A DNA stretch of 64,000 nt, taken from the NCBI GenBank assembly GCA_965202585.1, contig OZ241831.1, forward strand, positions 14,632,001 to 14,696,000, given 5' to 3'. Positions 38,138-51,651 of the stretch are shown piece by piece. A program made the translations under genes and the position numbers. Numbering within the stretch: position 1 is the stretch's first letter; each line of letters opens with the position of its first letter. The stretch comes from Thalia democratica (taxonomy: Eukaryota). The notes beneath the pieces are model-generated. The model saw only the letters and a list, made by a program, of their open reading frames with translations. It did no database searches and was not told the DNA's origin.

Positions 38138-40275
38138 TTTGTATGTATACTAAAGCAACCAAAACAATAATTTCAGTAGTTACTGACTGTGACGAATTGA
38201 CAATATAAATTATAAATTGAGTTCTTTCATGTATTCGACTAGTTAAGCAATCAAAAACAAACTAAATAGATGTCAGCTTTGTAAAATAAAAGTTTTAATG
38301 ATAAGCTTTCATCAATTATTTCAGCTATTTTTGTTTTGGTAAATCGCGTACTTATTTATAGTGTTGTTTTTCTTTGAACAATCGATGTTGTTTACATTTA
38401 TGTATTTTTATGTATGATTTTTAAATTACTATGCATGTTTTTGATCGTGTTTTAGTTGTAATTAAACTATATTTTTTTGTGAAACAAATACTGTTTGTTG
38501 TTAACAATTGAAAACATACTTTGTTGATAAACCAAAGTAAGTTTTATTCTTATTACTATTTAAGTGTACTATTTTCATTGAAAAATATAACTAGTTTTTA
38601 AAGTGACGTAGCGTAACTTTTTTAAAAAGTTAAAAAACAAATAATTATTGAATGTTTAAGAAAAGTCCACAAAGTAAGAACGAATAAGATAGAGTTCTTA
38701 GAAAAAAAACATATCAAGAAGAAAAAGACATCCAAGTTAGTTAATTATGTTAAGCATTCAATTACAGTAGGCAATAAATTAAGGATTATAGCAGTGATCA
38801 CACTAGTTTACATCGCAAAAGTTAGATCAAAAATAAAGTAAAAGTAGAGAAATCACAGCAAGCTTAACTGTTCAATTAATAATGGAAAGCGATAAAATAT
38901 AGTTTGGAAGTAAACAGTGTTGTTCAGAGTTCTTTGATCCTTTATCATCACAAAGTAGATTTAGTATGTAAATTTGTGTCATTGAGTTTAGTACACATTA
39001 GAAGCTTGCATCAATGACTGGTGATCCACGTAAGCTTTAGACTCAGGGAAAGTACAAAGAAAAAACAAATGATTTTTGGATTTTGCATTCTAACTAACAA
39101 GACTAGTATACTTTAAAAAATTAAACCTCAGTTTAATTGTTATCTTTGACTAAAGTGTTTTTGATATCAATACAAATTCAAGTTTTCTTCTCATTATAAT
39201 CAACTGAAATTTGAATTTGAAAATTTAACTAATTTTTTCAGTGACATGGTATAATTTTAGATATTTCATTTACAAAACTTATTTTGATATTAAAAATAAC
39301 ACTGACTGTTTGAAAAACTTGTCCACAAAGTAAGCATGAATAAGAATAAATTTTGTTTAATATACCTATTGAAAAACATTTTTACCTAACACTCAAATAC
39401 TAGTTAGAAAGGAAAACAGATAAATATTATCATTTAGAAGTAAAATGTTTAGATACATTAGTAACTGGTTAAATCAGTTGGTGGTCCTGATTATTTTAGA
39501 TTTATAACAAACATAACTTAGAACAAACAATTAGAGTTACTTTAGGTCATCAAGTTGTCTAACACCTAGTCTAAACAAGTAACTTTATTATGAAAATAAT
39601 AAAACAAGCATTTTTTAACCGTGTTTCAGCTAATGAATTGGTTTGTATCATAGGGTGATGTTTTGGCTTAATATGATATCTTAAATAAGCTAAATAGGTG
39701 TCAGCCTTGTAGGTGGGAATACTTAAATGTGTTGTGAACTTTTATTTCTATTTATATACTTATAACTTTTTAAAACATTTTACATGGTTTTAACTGCATT
39801 TAAGTTGATAAAAAGAAGACGTTTAAAAGTTAAACCTTTGTTGTGTTGCTGATAATCAACAACAACAACAACTTAAAAATGTAACAAAAACTTTTTTTTG
39901 TTATAAGTTGAGTATACGTTACTGTATTATTTTTTTTTAAACACTTATTTACTGAATGTTTTAACAGAAATTCAACAAATGAACAAGAAGTTGTATAGAA
40001 AAAAAAAAGTTCACGGACAACGTATTGAAGTTAGTTAAATCCTTTTTTACAGATACTACTGTTTTTTCAAATTAGACTTATGCAATGGTAACCATAAGAT
40101 TAAAACTTAAAAGTACGACAAATTTTAAATCAAACAACTAAAGTGTTTGATCTTTTAATTCTTATAACAACCAGTTTGTTTGTACAATTATCAATTTGTG
40201 GCTTGTACTTTAAGTAGATATCAATAGCCGGTTTTGTTCAAATGGTGGTCCTAAAAAGGACCGGTTGTTGAGCAT

Positions 40276-40635
40276 TTATTTTGAGCTGGTGTACTTGGTA
40301 ACAGCTTTAGTTCCCTCTGAAACTGCGTGCTTTGACAACTCGCCGGGGAGCAAGAGCCTGACAGCAGTTTGAATTTCTCGGCTGCTCACAGTTGACCTCT
40401 TGTTGTAATGAGCCAAACGTGAAGCCTCTGCTGCAATGCGCTCGAAGATGTCGTTGACAAATGAGTTCATGATTCCCATCGCCTTGCTGGAAATTCCGGT
40501 GTCGGGGTGCACTTGCTTCAAAACTTTGTACACGTAGATGCCAAAGCTTTCTTTGTGCCTCCTCCTTCGCTTCTTCTTGCCGTCGACCGGGGTGGTCTTG
40601 GCTACTGACTTCTTTGCGCCTTTGGTTGCGGTCAT
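40276..40635 (-). CDS. H2B: Histone H2B, 119 aa (unit 1)
   Basis: Canonical core [18 protein letters not shown]...AVTKYTSSK with a short N-tail and a 3' stem-loop. Confidence 0.99.
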   Translation of the reverse strand: MTATKGAKKSVAKTTPVDGKKKRRRRHKESFGIYVYKVLKQVHPDTGISSKAMGIMNSFVNDIFERIAAEASRLAHYNKRSTVSSREIQTAVRLLLPGELSKHAVSEGTKAVTKYTSSK

Positions 40636-40794
40636 GATGATGTGTGAACTTCAGTCTCGGCGCCAGCTTATATACTGAAAGTTTATGCAAATTAGCATTT
40701 CCGTACGCGAACGACAGCCTCTCTCATTTTATGATTCTCTCGTTTGTCGTAAATATTTTTAGGTGGTCCTGAAAAGGACCTGGTTTGTTTTAAC

Positions 40795-41175
40795 TTAGGC
40801 TGATTTTTTTGAAGCGGTCTTCTTGGGCAACAATACTGCCTGGATGTTTGGAAGAACACCTCCTTGAGCAATAGTGACGCCGCCGAGAAGCTTGTTCAAC
40901 TCTTCGTCGTTGCGGATAGCTAGTTGCAAATGGCGGGGAATGATCCTGCTTTTCTTGTTGTCACGAGCAGCGTTACCGGCAAGCTCGAGCACTTCTGCGC
41001 TCAAATACTCGAGAACGGCAGCCAGATAAACTGGAGCACCAGCTCCGACTCTTTGGCTGTAGTTGCCAGTGCGCAACAGGCGGTGCACGCGACCGACTGG
41101 AAACTGCAGTCCTGCACGAGAAGACCTGCTCTTCGGCTTAGATTTGAGTTTTGATCCTTTACCACGTCCCGACAT
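40795..41175 (-). CDS. H2A: Histone H2A, 126 aa (unit 1; true ATG 41175)
   Basis: MSGRGK...[14 protein letters not shown]...[10 protein letters not shown]. No SQ(E/D) H2A.X tail. A stem-loop follows. Confidence 0.99.
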   Translation of the reverse strand: MSGRGKGSKLKSKPKSRSSRAGLQFPVGRVHRLLRTGNYSQRVGAGAPVYLAAVLEYLSAEVLELAGNAARDNKKSRIIPRHLQLAIRNDEELNKLLGGVTIAQGGVLPNIQAVLLPKKTASKKSA

Positions 41176-41369
41176 CTTGTTGTTCGAATGATTGTGCCAA
41201 GATGCTCGCACAGCTCTGTATAAAACTCAAACCTAACCGCGTCGAACGAACAACTAATTTGCATATGTCGTAGCTGCTCTTTAATCTTGTCAAAATGTTT
41301 GTTCAGCAGTGTTGAAGAAATTTGATTTTGAAATGGGTGGTCCTAAAAAGGACCGAGTTTGCTAAATGT

Positions 41370-41714
<345 letters not shown>

Positions 41715-41870
41715 TTATTTATAAGCTGTTACGGACGCGTACGGTTACTACTAAACTAATTTGCATACTCAGAAAAGTCTCTTACTTACATTCTTTCGTT
41801 TGGTTTATTTTTTCTCACTATCAAACAAAGTTTAAAAGTGGCCCTGAAAAGGACCGGTTTTAGCTAATGC

Positions 41871-42407
<537 letters not shown>

Positions 42408-42468
42408 TCATGTTTTGTTAATATTTTGATTGAGTGGTCCTGAAAAGGACCTTGGGTAAAAGAACAAC

Positions 42469-43038
42469 TTATTTTTTGCAGCTCTTTTTGGTACTTGCCT
42501 TCTTAGATGCTTTTTTGGCTACCGGCTTCTTCTTGGTTACTTTCTTCTTCTTGCTTGCAGCTTTTTTAGATGCTGCTTTCTTAGGAGCACACTTTTTAGC
42601 AGGTCGCTTTTTGGCTGCTGGTTTTTTCGCTGCCTTCTTGGGAGCACACTTCTTTACTCGTTTCTTTGCTGCGGCCTTCTTTACTGCTGGCTTTTTAGCT
42701 ACTTTTTTTGTCCTCTTCTTGGGACCAGCAGCTGGCATTGGAGCAAGCTTGAACGAGCCGGAAGCGCCTTTTCCAGTAGTCTGGAGAAAAGAACCTTTGG
42801 TCACGCCGCTGGTAAGTGCTCTCTTCAAGTGAGAATTAGAAGCTGAGAGGTCAAGCTTGTAGGTGTCCGCGATATATTTTTGTATCTTCTGGCGGGATGT
42901 ACCTTTTCGTTCCTTCATTGCTCCCAGGGCAGAGCTAATCATCTCCTTGTAAGTCGGGTGTTCTGCCTTCTTGGCGCTTGGTCTCTTGGAAGACCTGGCC
43001 TTGGCTGCGGCCGCCGCTGCTACTGCTGTGGTAGACAT
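42469..43038 (-). CDS. H1: Histone H1, 189 aa (unit 1, 15-bp in-frame deletion in the N-tail)
   Basis: Globular domain HPTY..MI..AL..MKERKGTSRQKIQKYI...GKGASGSFKL, a Lys/Ala/Pro tail, and a stem-loop at 42436..42451. Confidence 0.98.
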   Translation of the reverse strand: MSTTAVAAAAAAKARSSKRPSAKKAEHPTYKEMISSALGAMKERKGTSRQKIQKYIADTYKLDLSASNSHLKRALTSGVTKGSFLQTTGKGASGSFKLAPMPAAGPKKRTKKVAKKPAVKKAAAKKRVKKCAPKKAAKKPAAKKRPAKKCAPKKAASKKAASKKKKVTKKKPVAKKASKKASTKKSCKK

Positions 43039-44993
43039 TTTGTATGTATTTTAAAGCAACCGAAACAATACTTTCAGTAGTTACTGACTGTGACGAATTG
43101 ACTGTTGAGCAGTTTTACTTTGTGAGGTACCTTTTACTGATTAATACGAGCATTAGCATGTGAGTTTAAAGCGCATATGCTCATAAAAGCATAGTTATTT
43201 TTTTACGAACGTCAAAAACATTCCAGTGACAAAGAAACCAGACTTAGCCTGGTCGGAAACAGAGTTTTTTTTAAAGCTTAGCTTTAAAGGTCCAGAAAAA
43301 CAGTCTAAAAGTTACAGCACACCTCTGCATTTAATGATATAAACCTCAAATGAAACAAAATATATTACTACACATCCGGATTAGTTTTCTTCAGCTGCAA
43401 ACTTAAAACTGTAAGATTTTAGACAAGCACAAGTATTTTTTCCACTTCAAACTTAAGTTAAGTTTTATTATTTTAATTTCATTCGGTTTTGTCAATTGTA
43501 AAACCCATGAAGTATGTTTAACTTGATTACAACTTTAACTGTGCTGGTTAGTAAAAAGTAATTCATAAACAAACACAAGTATTTAATTTATGATACTTTA
43601 CAAGTTATCATTACTTTAAGTATACTTATATTGAATATGGCAGTACTAAACCACCTAAAAAAACTTAAGTACATAAGTTTTGAATTTGTTCTTCCACATA
43701 CTAGTAACTTACCTTTTCAAAAATGTTCTGAACAGTAGCCATACAAAACTTGTTAAAAAGCTAGAAACTAATGTTTAACAAAGTTTGTTATATAAAACAG
43801 TCCCAACTAGTTACTAGTATTTCACAGTTAGAAAAATTTGAAACAACTTTTTAAAACTATTACACAGTTGTTTAGATTTTTTAACAACGTTTTATTTGTT
43901 ATACTCGAAGCTGAACTAAGAACTTTTTCTTTGTAGATTTCACGAAAAGAAAGCGAACAAATGGATTTGATCGTAACTTTCCAAAACAAGACGAAATAAC
44001 TTACACTTAAATGAATATCAGTACTGTTCACTTATGTTCAAAGAAAAGGACCGAAATTTCAATATGAAGTTTAAAAGAGTTGCTTATTTTGAGACGAATA
44101 ACTTTACTTAAAAAAAGAGGTTAGGCTTATTTTAAAAGTAGTATCAAGTAAGTAACGATCATAAAAAAATATCAATGTTTCATAACTAATTTGAAAAACT
44201 AGATTGGATAAACTTTTGTTTACATTCAGTACTCATAAACTTGCGATGTGTTTAAGAAAGTCTATTTGACAATCATACAGTTAAAGTTTATTTTTCTAAA
44301 ATTTGTTCATCAATTCTCATGAATTGAAACTGTATGAGCAACTAAATTAAATCTTGTTCAATGCATATTACAAAACATCATTAAATGTTCAAAGCAACAA
44401 AAGTACAGTTCAAAAATGACTGCATAATGATAGAAGTGTTTATGTTTACTAAGTGAAGATTTGTTTAAATAAACTTTAATTGATTTACTGCTTAAAGTAG
44501 TTTCTAAGTGTAATAAAAACTAGATTCATTACAATGTTCTGCACAATTTAGAAATTTGACTGAATGATTTGCTGTGGTATATTTAAAAAAGGTTGTTAAA
44601 TCAACTCTAACTTGATATAAATGTAATTTCAAAATGTAGTCTTTATTCTCAGGTGTTTTGAGCACTTCTGTTGTAACAACAGAATTTAAATTTCTAACAT
44701 GTTAACAATTAGCTAATGTGTTTGTTTGATTTTTGTGTCTTTTCCTTTTAAAACAGGGTATTTACTTATTTGAAAACTGTACATTGCTTAAGCACTCGTA
44801 CTATCTTAGCTGAACAGTTTTACGAAGCTTACTTTGAAGCAAATAAAAAAAAAGAATAAGTAAAGGCAAGAAAAACTTAAATTATTTTTTAGTTAGAACA
44901 AAGTGAGCTCTAAACTTAAGAAACACTTAAGCAAATAAGCTACAAGTTTCAGACAGCTCATTGGTTTATAACAACTTTTTATCGTTTTCGAAC

Positions 44994-45119
44994 GCCTACG
45001 ACCATACCACACTGAACACACCCCATCTCGTCCGATCTGGGAAGTTAAAAAAGTGTCGGGCTTAAAGGTTAGTACTTAGATGGGTGACCGCTTGGGAATA
45101 CCGCGTGCCGTAGGCTTTT
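44994..45119 (+). rRNA. 5S rRNA-like gene, variant with +4 nt (unit 1)
   Basis: GCCTACGACC...GTAGGC (122 nt) plus TTTT terminator, and a TTTATAA at about -29..-23. IE TTAGTA and box C AGATGGGTGACC are intact; box A and helix V are altered. Confidence 0.9.
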
Positions 45120-45375
45120 ATTTTCAAGCTCTTGTTTGTTGGATTAATTCTTCATACTTATTATGAAAGTTTCTAGTTTATCTTAAACATTTTTCAATAA
45201 TAAATGACACACTAACTAGACTGTCATTTAGTTGTAGACTTATTTTGTCTGTTGCTTTCATTTTGCTATTTATATAAAAGCCATAACTTTATTTTTTACA
45301 AGCGTTTCGTTCTGCTCTAGACTTTTAACAAATATAACTTGAAATAAACAGTTGCAGTAGTACTTTTTTAGTTTT

Positions 45376-48300
45376 TGTCTCATACACAGTCTTCAATAAA
45401 GTTACAAAGCTGTTTACTTCTTTTCCTTTGCATAATGTTTCAGCTATTGGTTTTTTTACGCGTTGATGTTTTATGTTAAAAATCCATAAGCAACTAAGTT
45501 TAATAAAACAAGTCTAATAATTAAAAAAAAAAATTCAACTTTGCTATTCATGACAGTTGTACTGAAATTGAATGCTTTTTGGTAGTTTTTTTCTTTAGAA
45601 CAATCACTGTTGTTTACATTTATTTATTTTTGAAAATACATTTTGATAAGCATGGTCAGTATAATTTTAATGAATAAACCTCTACTGTTCAAGTATTTTT
45701 AAAAATAATACGAAATTTATTAAAACTAACTGTTTTATTTTCATTCCATAATGAAATTACTTTTTATAGTGACGTAGAACAAGTTTTAAAAATTAAGTTT
45801 AGTATTTATTAAATTAAAAAAAAGTCTACGAAGTAAGCATAACTGAGAATTTTTTTTTTGTCTAAATAAAGAAGTTAACTAGAAAAAGCCTTTGGACAAC
45901 ACGTTTAAGTTAGTTGAAGCTTTTTATGAAACATCAAATTACAACTAGTTTACAAAACTTATTCAACGATTTAGGCAATACTTTCAAAACATAACTAGCT
46001 CTTTTATCAAGAGTTGCTTAGAATGTCCAGTAAAAGTACAAAGGCAATAGTAAGTATGCATAACTAGGTGACAAAAGAAAAGACAGAAAAAATATTATTT
46101 AGAAGTAAAATGTGTCATTCAACTAGCTCTAACTCTTACTTTTGATCTTTTACCACCACAAAGTTGGTTGAGTTGCATAATTTTGTTGTTTAGTTAAAGC
46201 TTGTTTAACACTGCTTAGTAGACTTTAAAGCTGGTTAAATACACTGGTTGTCCTGATTACATTAGATTAACTTGATAAAGCTATAAGCAATGATAGATCA
46301 ACTAAAAGATGTAAGCTTTTCAAAGTTATAGATTCGAAATGTTTTTTTTCGTTCATGTTGTGATGCATATATGTTGTTTTTTGTTTATGTATTTATGAGT
46401 TGTAATGCATGTTTTAAATGTGTTTTAGTTAAAGTTATTTTCTGAAACGATACAACATTAATTAGACCCAAAGCTAAACTAATTTTCAACTTGATAAATC
46501 TGTTAACAATTTGAGTTCAATAAAAAGCTTTGTAAAAAGAAATCGGTTGTAATACATGATGGTTGTTGTACTGAAATTGCAGTTTTGTTGACTTTTTTAT
46601 TTTGGTTTGAACAGCTTCTGTTGTTAACTGTATTTTAAACTGTTTTATTTAGTTTGAGTTGCATTGTAATAAAAAGAAATAATAAATTTTAGAAACTACT
46701 GGTTTATTAGATTGTAATTGTTAATATCCAAAGTTAAGTTTGTTTTATTATAATTTAATGTATTATTTTCATTTAAAATATAATACTTTTTACAGTGACG
46801 TAGAACAGTATTTTTTAAATAAACTAAATACTTTTTCAATTTTACAAAAAGAAGTATACAAAATAAGCATAACGGATATAAGTTTTGTTTAAAGAAAGAA
46901 GTTTACAAGAAAATCTTATGGACACAAAAATCAAGTTAGTTGAAGCTTTCTGCGAAACGTATATTTATTTGTAATGTAACAGACTTAAGCAATGGTTTTT
47001 TAAAAATGCAACTAGCTCCCTCCTCAAAAGTAGTTTAAAATGTCATGTAAGAGAACAAAAACAATTGTAAATACAAGTATGTGACAAAAAGTTAAAACAC
47101 AAAAGTATAAGTTAGAAGTAAACTGTTTTATACAAACATTCTAACTCACCTTTTACCAGCACAAAAAACATTAAGTTTTGTTCGTTTTTGTCGTCTAGTT
47201 AGAGCTTGTTTAATGCTGCTTAGTGGGCATTGATATCTGGTTGAGTCAGTTGGTGGTCCTTATCACTTTAGACTTATAACAGAAATAACTATAGACTGTA
47301 AAAGTCGTTTTAAGTCATCAAGTTGTCTCACATATAGTTGTAACAAGTAATACAAATGAGTGGTGACAAGCTGTTACTTCTTTTCCTTTCAGCTTATAAA
47401 TTGAGTTCTTTCATGTATTCGACTAGTTAAGCAATCAAAAACAAACTAAATAGATGTCAGCTTTGTAAAATAAAAGTTTTAATGATAAGCTTTCATCAAT
47501 TATTTCAGCTATTTTTGTTTTGGTAAATCGCGTACTTATTTATAGTGTTGTTTTTCTTTGAACAATCGATGTTGTTTACATTTATGTATTTTTATGTATG
47601 ATTTTTAAATTACTATGCATGTTTTTGATCGTGTTTTAGTTGTAATTAAACTATATTTTTTGTGAAACAAATACTGTTTGTTGTTAACAATTGAAAACAT
47701 ACTTTGTTGATAAACCAAAGTAAGTTTTATTCTTATTACTATTTAAGTGTACTATTTTCATTGAAAAATATAACTAGTTTTTAAAGTGACGTAGCGTAAC
47801 TTTTTTAAAAAGTTAAAAAACAAATAATTATTGAATGTTTAAGAAAAGTCCACAAAGTAAGAACGAATAAGATAGAGTTCTTAGAAAAAAAACATATCAA
47901 GAAGAAAAAGACATCCAAGTTAGTTAATTATGTTAAGCATTCAGTTACAGTAGGCAATAAATTAAGGATTATAGCAGTGATCACACTAGTTTACATCGCA
48001 AAAGTTAGATCAAAAATAAAGTAAAAGTAGAGAAATCACAGCAAGCTTAACTGTTCAATTAATAATGGAAAGCGATAAAATATAGTTTGGAAGTAAACAG
48101 TGTTGTTCAGAGTTCTTTGATCCTTTATCATCACAAAGTAGATTTAGTATGTAAATTTGTGTCATTGAGTTTAGTACACATTAGAAGCTTGCATCAATGA
48201 CTGGTGATCCACGTAAGCTTTAGACTCATGGAAAGTACAAAGAAAAAACAAATGATTTTTGGATTTTGCATTCTAACTAACAAGACTAGTATACTTTAAA

Positions 48301-48830
48301 AAATTAAACCTCAGTTTAATTGTTATCTTTGACTAAAGTGTTTTTGATATCAATACAAATTCAAGTTTTCTTCTCATTATAATCAACTGAAATTTGAATT
48401 TGAAAATTTAACTAATTTTTTCAGTGACATGGTATAATTTTAGATATTTCATTTACAAAACTTATTTTGATATTAAAAATAACACTGACTGTTTGAAAAA
48501 CTTGTCCACAAAGTAAGCATGAATAAGAATAAATTTTGTTTAATATACCTATTGAAAAACATTTTTACCTAACACTCAAATACTAGTTAGAAAGGAAAAC
48601 AGATAAATATTATCATTTAGAAGTAAAATGTTTAGATACATTAGTAACTGGTTAAATCAGTTGGTGGTCCTGATTATTTTAGATTTATAACAAACATAAC
48701 TTAGAACAAACAATTAGAGTTACTTTAGGTCATCAAGTTGTCTAACACCTAGTCTAAACAAGTAACTTTATTATGAAAATAATAAAACAAGCATTTTTTA
48801 ACCGTGTTTCAGCTAATGAATTGGTTTGTA
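45376..48830 (-). repeat. Spacer built from 4-5 diverged ~1-kb modules, apparently fossil coding sequence
   Basis: Ordered anchor motifs (TCAAGTTGTCT, GTGACGTAG, AAGTAAGCAT, AAGTTAGTT, TTAGAAGTAAA, GGTGGTCCT) recur in each module. Confidence 0.8.
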
Positions 48831-49458
48831 TCATAGGGTGATGTTTTGGCTTAATATGATATCTTAAATAAGCTAAATAGGTGTCAGCCTTGTAGGTGGG
48901 AATACTTAAATGTGTTGTGAACTTTTATTTCTATTTATATACTTATAACTTTTTAAAACATTTTACATGGTTTTAACTGCATTTAAGTTGATAAAAAGAA
49001 GACGTTTAAAAGTTAAACCTTTGTTGTGTTGCTGATAATCAACAACAACAACAACTTAAAAATGTAACAAAAACTTTTTTTTGTTATAAGTTGAGTATAC
49101 GTTACTGTATTATTTTTTTTTAAACACTTATTTACTGAATGTTTTAACAGAAATTCAACAAATGAACAAGAAGTTGTATAGAAAAAAAAAAGTTCACGGA
49201 CAACGTATTGAAGTTAGTTAAATCCTTTTTTACAGATACTACTGTTTTTTCAAATTAGACTTATGCAATGGTAACCATAAGATTAAAACTTAAAAGTACG
49301 ACAAATTTTAAATCAAACAACTAAAGTGTTTGATCTTTTAATTCTTATAACAACCAGTTTGTTTGTACAATTATCAATTTGTGGCTTGTACTTTAAGTAG
49401 ATATCAATAGCCGGTTTTGTTCAAATGGTGGTCCTAAAAAGGACCGGTTGTTGAGCAT

Positions 49459-49818
49459 TTATTTTGAGCTGGTGTACTTGGTAACAGCTTTAGTTCCCTC
49501 TGAAACTGCGTGCTTTGACAACTCGCCGGGGAGCAAGAGCCTGACAGCAGTTTGAATTTCTCGGCTGCTCACAGTTGACCTCTTGTTGTAATGAGCCAAA
49601 CGTGAAGCCTCTGCTGCAATGCGCTCGAAGATGTCGTTGACAAATGAGTTCATGATTCCCATCGCCTTGCTGGAAATTCCGGTGTCGGGGTGCACTTGCT
49701 TCAAAACTTTGTACACGTAGATGCCAAAGCTTTCTTTGTGCCTCCTCCTTCGCTTCTTCTTGCCGTCGACCGGGGTGGTCTTGGCTACTGACTTCTTCGC
49801 GCCTTTGGTTGCGGTCAT
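49459..49818 (-). CDS. H2B: Histone H2B (unit 2)
   Basis: Protein identical to unit 1; stem-loop at 49430..49445. Confidence 0.99.
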   Translation of the reverse strand: MTATKGAKKSVAKTTPVDGKKKRRRRHKESFGIYVYKVLKQVHPDTGISSKAMGIMNSFVNDIFERIAAEASRLAHYNKRSTVSSREIQTAVRLLLPGELSKHAVSEGTKAVTKYTSSK

Positions 49819-49977
49819 GATGATGTGTGAACTTCAGTCTCGGCGCCAGCTTATATACTGAAAGTTTATGCAAATTAGCATTTCCGTACGCGAACGACAG
49901 CCTCTCTCATTTTATGATTCTCTCGTTTGTCGTAAATATTTTTAGGTGGTCCTGAAAAGGACCTGGTTTGTTTTAAC

Positions 49978-50358
49978 TTAGGCTGATTTTTTTGAAGCGG
50001 TCTTCTTGGGCAACAATACTGCCTGGATGTTTGGAAGAACACCTCCTTGAGCAATAGTGACGCCGCCGAGAAGCTTGTTCAACTCTTCGTCGTTGCGGAT
50101 AGCTAGTTGCAAATGGCGGGGAATGATCCTGCTTTTCTTGTTGTCACGAGCAGCGTTACCGGCAAGCTCGAGCACTTCTGCGCTCAAATACTCGAGAACG
50201 GCAGCCAGATAAACTGGAGCACCAGCTCCGACTCTTTGGCTGTAGTTGCCAGTGCGCAACAGGCGGTGCACGCGACCGACTGGAAACTGCAGTCCTGCAC
50301 GAGAAGACCTGCTCTTCGGCTTAGATTTGAGTTTTGATCCTTTACCACGTCCCGACAT
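49978..50358 (-). CDS. H2A: Histone H2A (unit 2)
   Basis: Protein identical to unit 1; stem-loop at 49948..49963. Confidence 0.99.
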   Translation of the reverse strand: MSGRGKGSKLKSKPKSRSSRAGLQFPVGRVHRLLRTGNYSQRVGAGAPVYLAAVLEYLSAEVLELAGNAARDNKKSRIIPRHLQLAIRNDEELNKLLGGVTIAQGGVLPNIQAVLLPKKTASKKSA

Positions 50359-50552
50359 CTTGTTGTTCGAATGATTGTGCCAAGATGCTCGCATAGCTCT
50401 GTATAAAATTCAAACCTAACCGCGTCGAACGAACAACTAATTTGCATATGTCGTAGCTGCTCTTTAATCTTGTCAAAATGTTTGTTCAGCAGTGTTGAAG
50501 AAATTTGATTTTGAAATGGGTGGTCCTAAAAAGGACCGAGTTTGCTAAATGT

Positions 50553-50897
<345 letters not shown>

Positions 50898-51053
50898 TTA
50901 TTTATAAGCTGTTACGGACGCGTACGGTTACTACTAAACTAATTTGCATACTCAGAAAAATCTCTAACTTACATTCTTTCGTTTGGTTTATTTTTTCTCA
51001 CTATCAAACAAAGTTTAAAAGTGGCCCTGAAAAGGACCGGTTTTAGCTAATGC

Positions 51054-51590
<537 letters not shown>

Positions 51591-51651
51591 TCATGTTTTG
51601 TTAATATTTTGATTGAGTGGTCCTGAAAAGGACCTTGGGTAAAAGAACAAC

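Noticed and set aside
43828-44031. 67-69 aa ORF recurring in each unit (43828, 53039, 61451).
   Set aside because: It has a GTG start, indel and stop position differences between copies, and no recognisable domain. Recurrence is explained by array homogenisation.
47248-48670. Spacer motif GTTGGTGGTCCT is complementary to the histone stem-loop 3' arm plus cleavage site (AGGACCACCA) and sits in a small hairpin at 48655-48675, suggesting a U7-substitute antisense RNA.
   Set aside because: It is only a 10-nt match. It coincides with the GGA-CCA-CCA (GPP) codons of the fossil ORF and is degenerate in two of four modules. No Sm site, snRNA promoter or terminator was seen.
43040-49400. Searched the spacer by eye for tRNA, U1/U2/U6 snRNA or spliced-leader RNA genes, which accompany histone or 5S repeats in some animals.
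   Set aside because: No recognisable signatures were found. A covariance-model search would be needed to exclude divergent ones.
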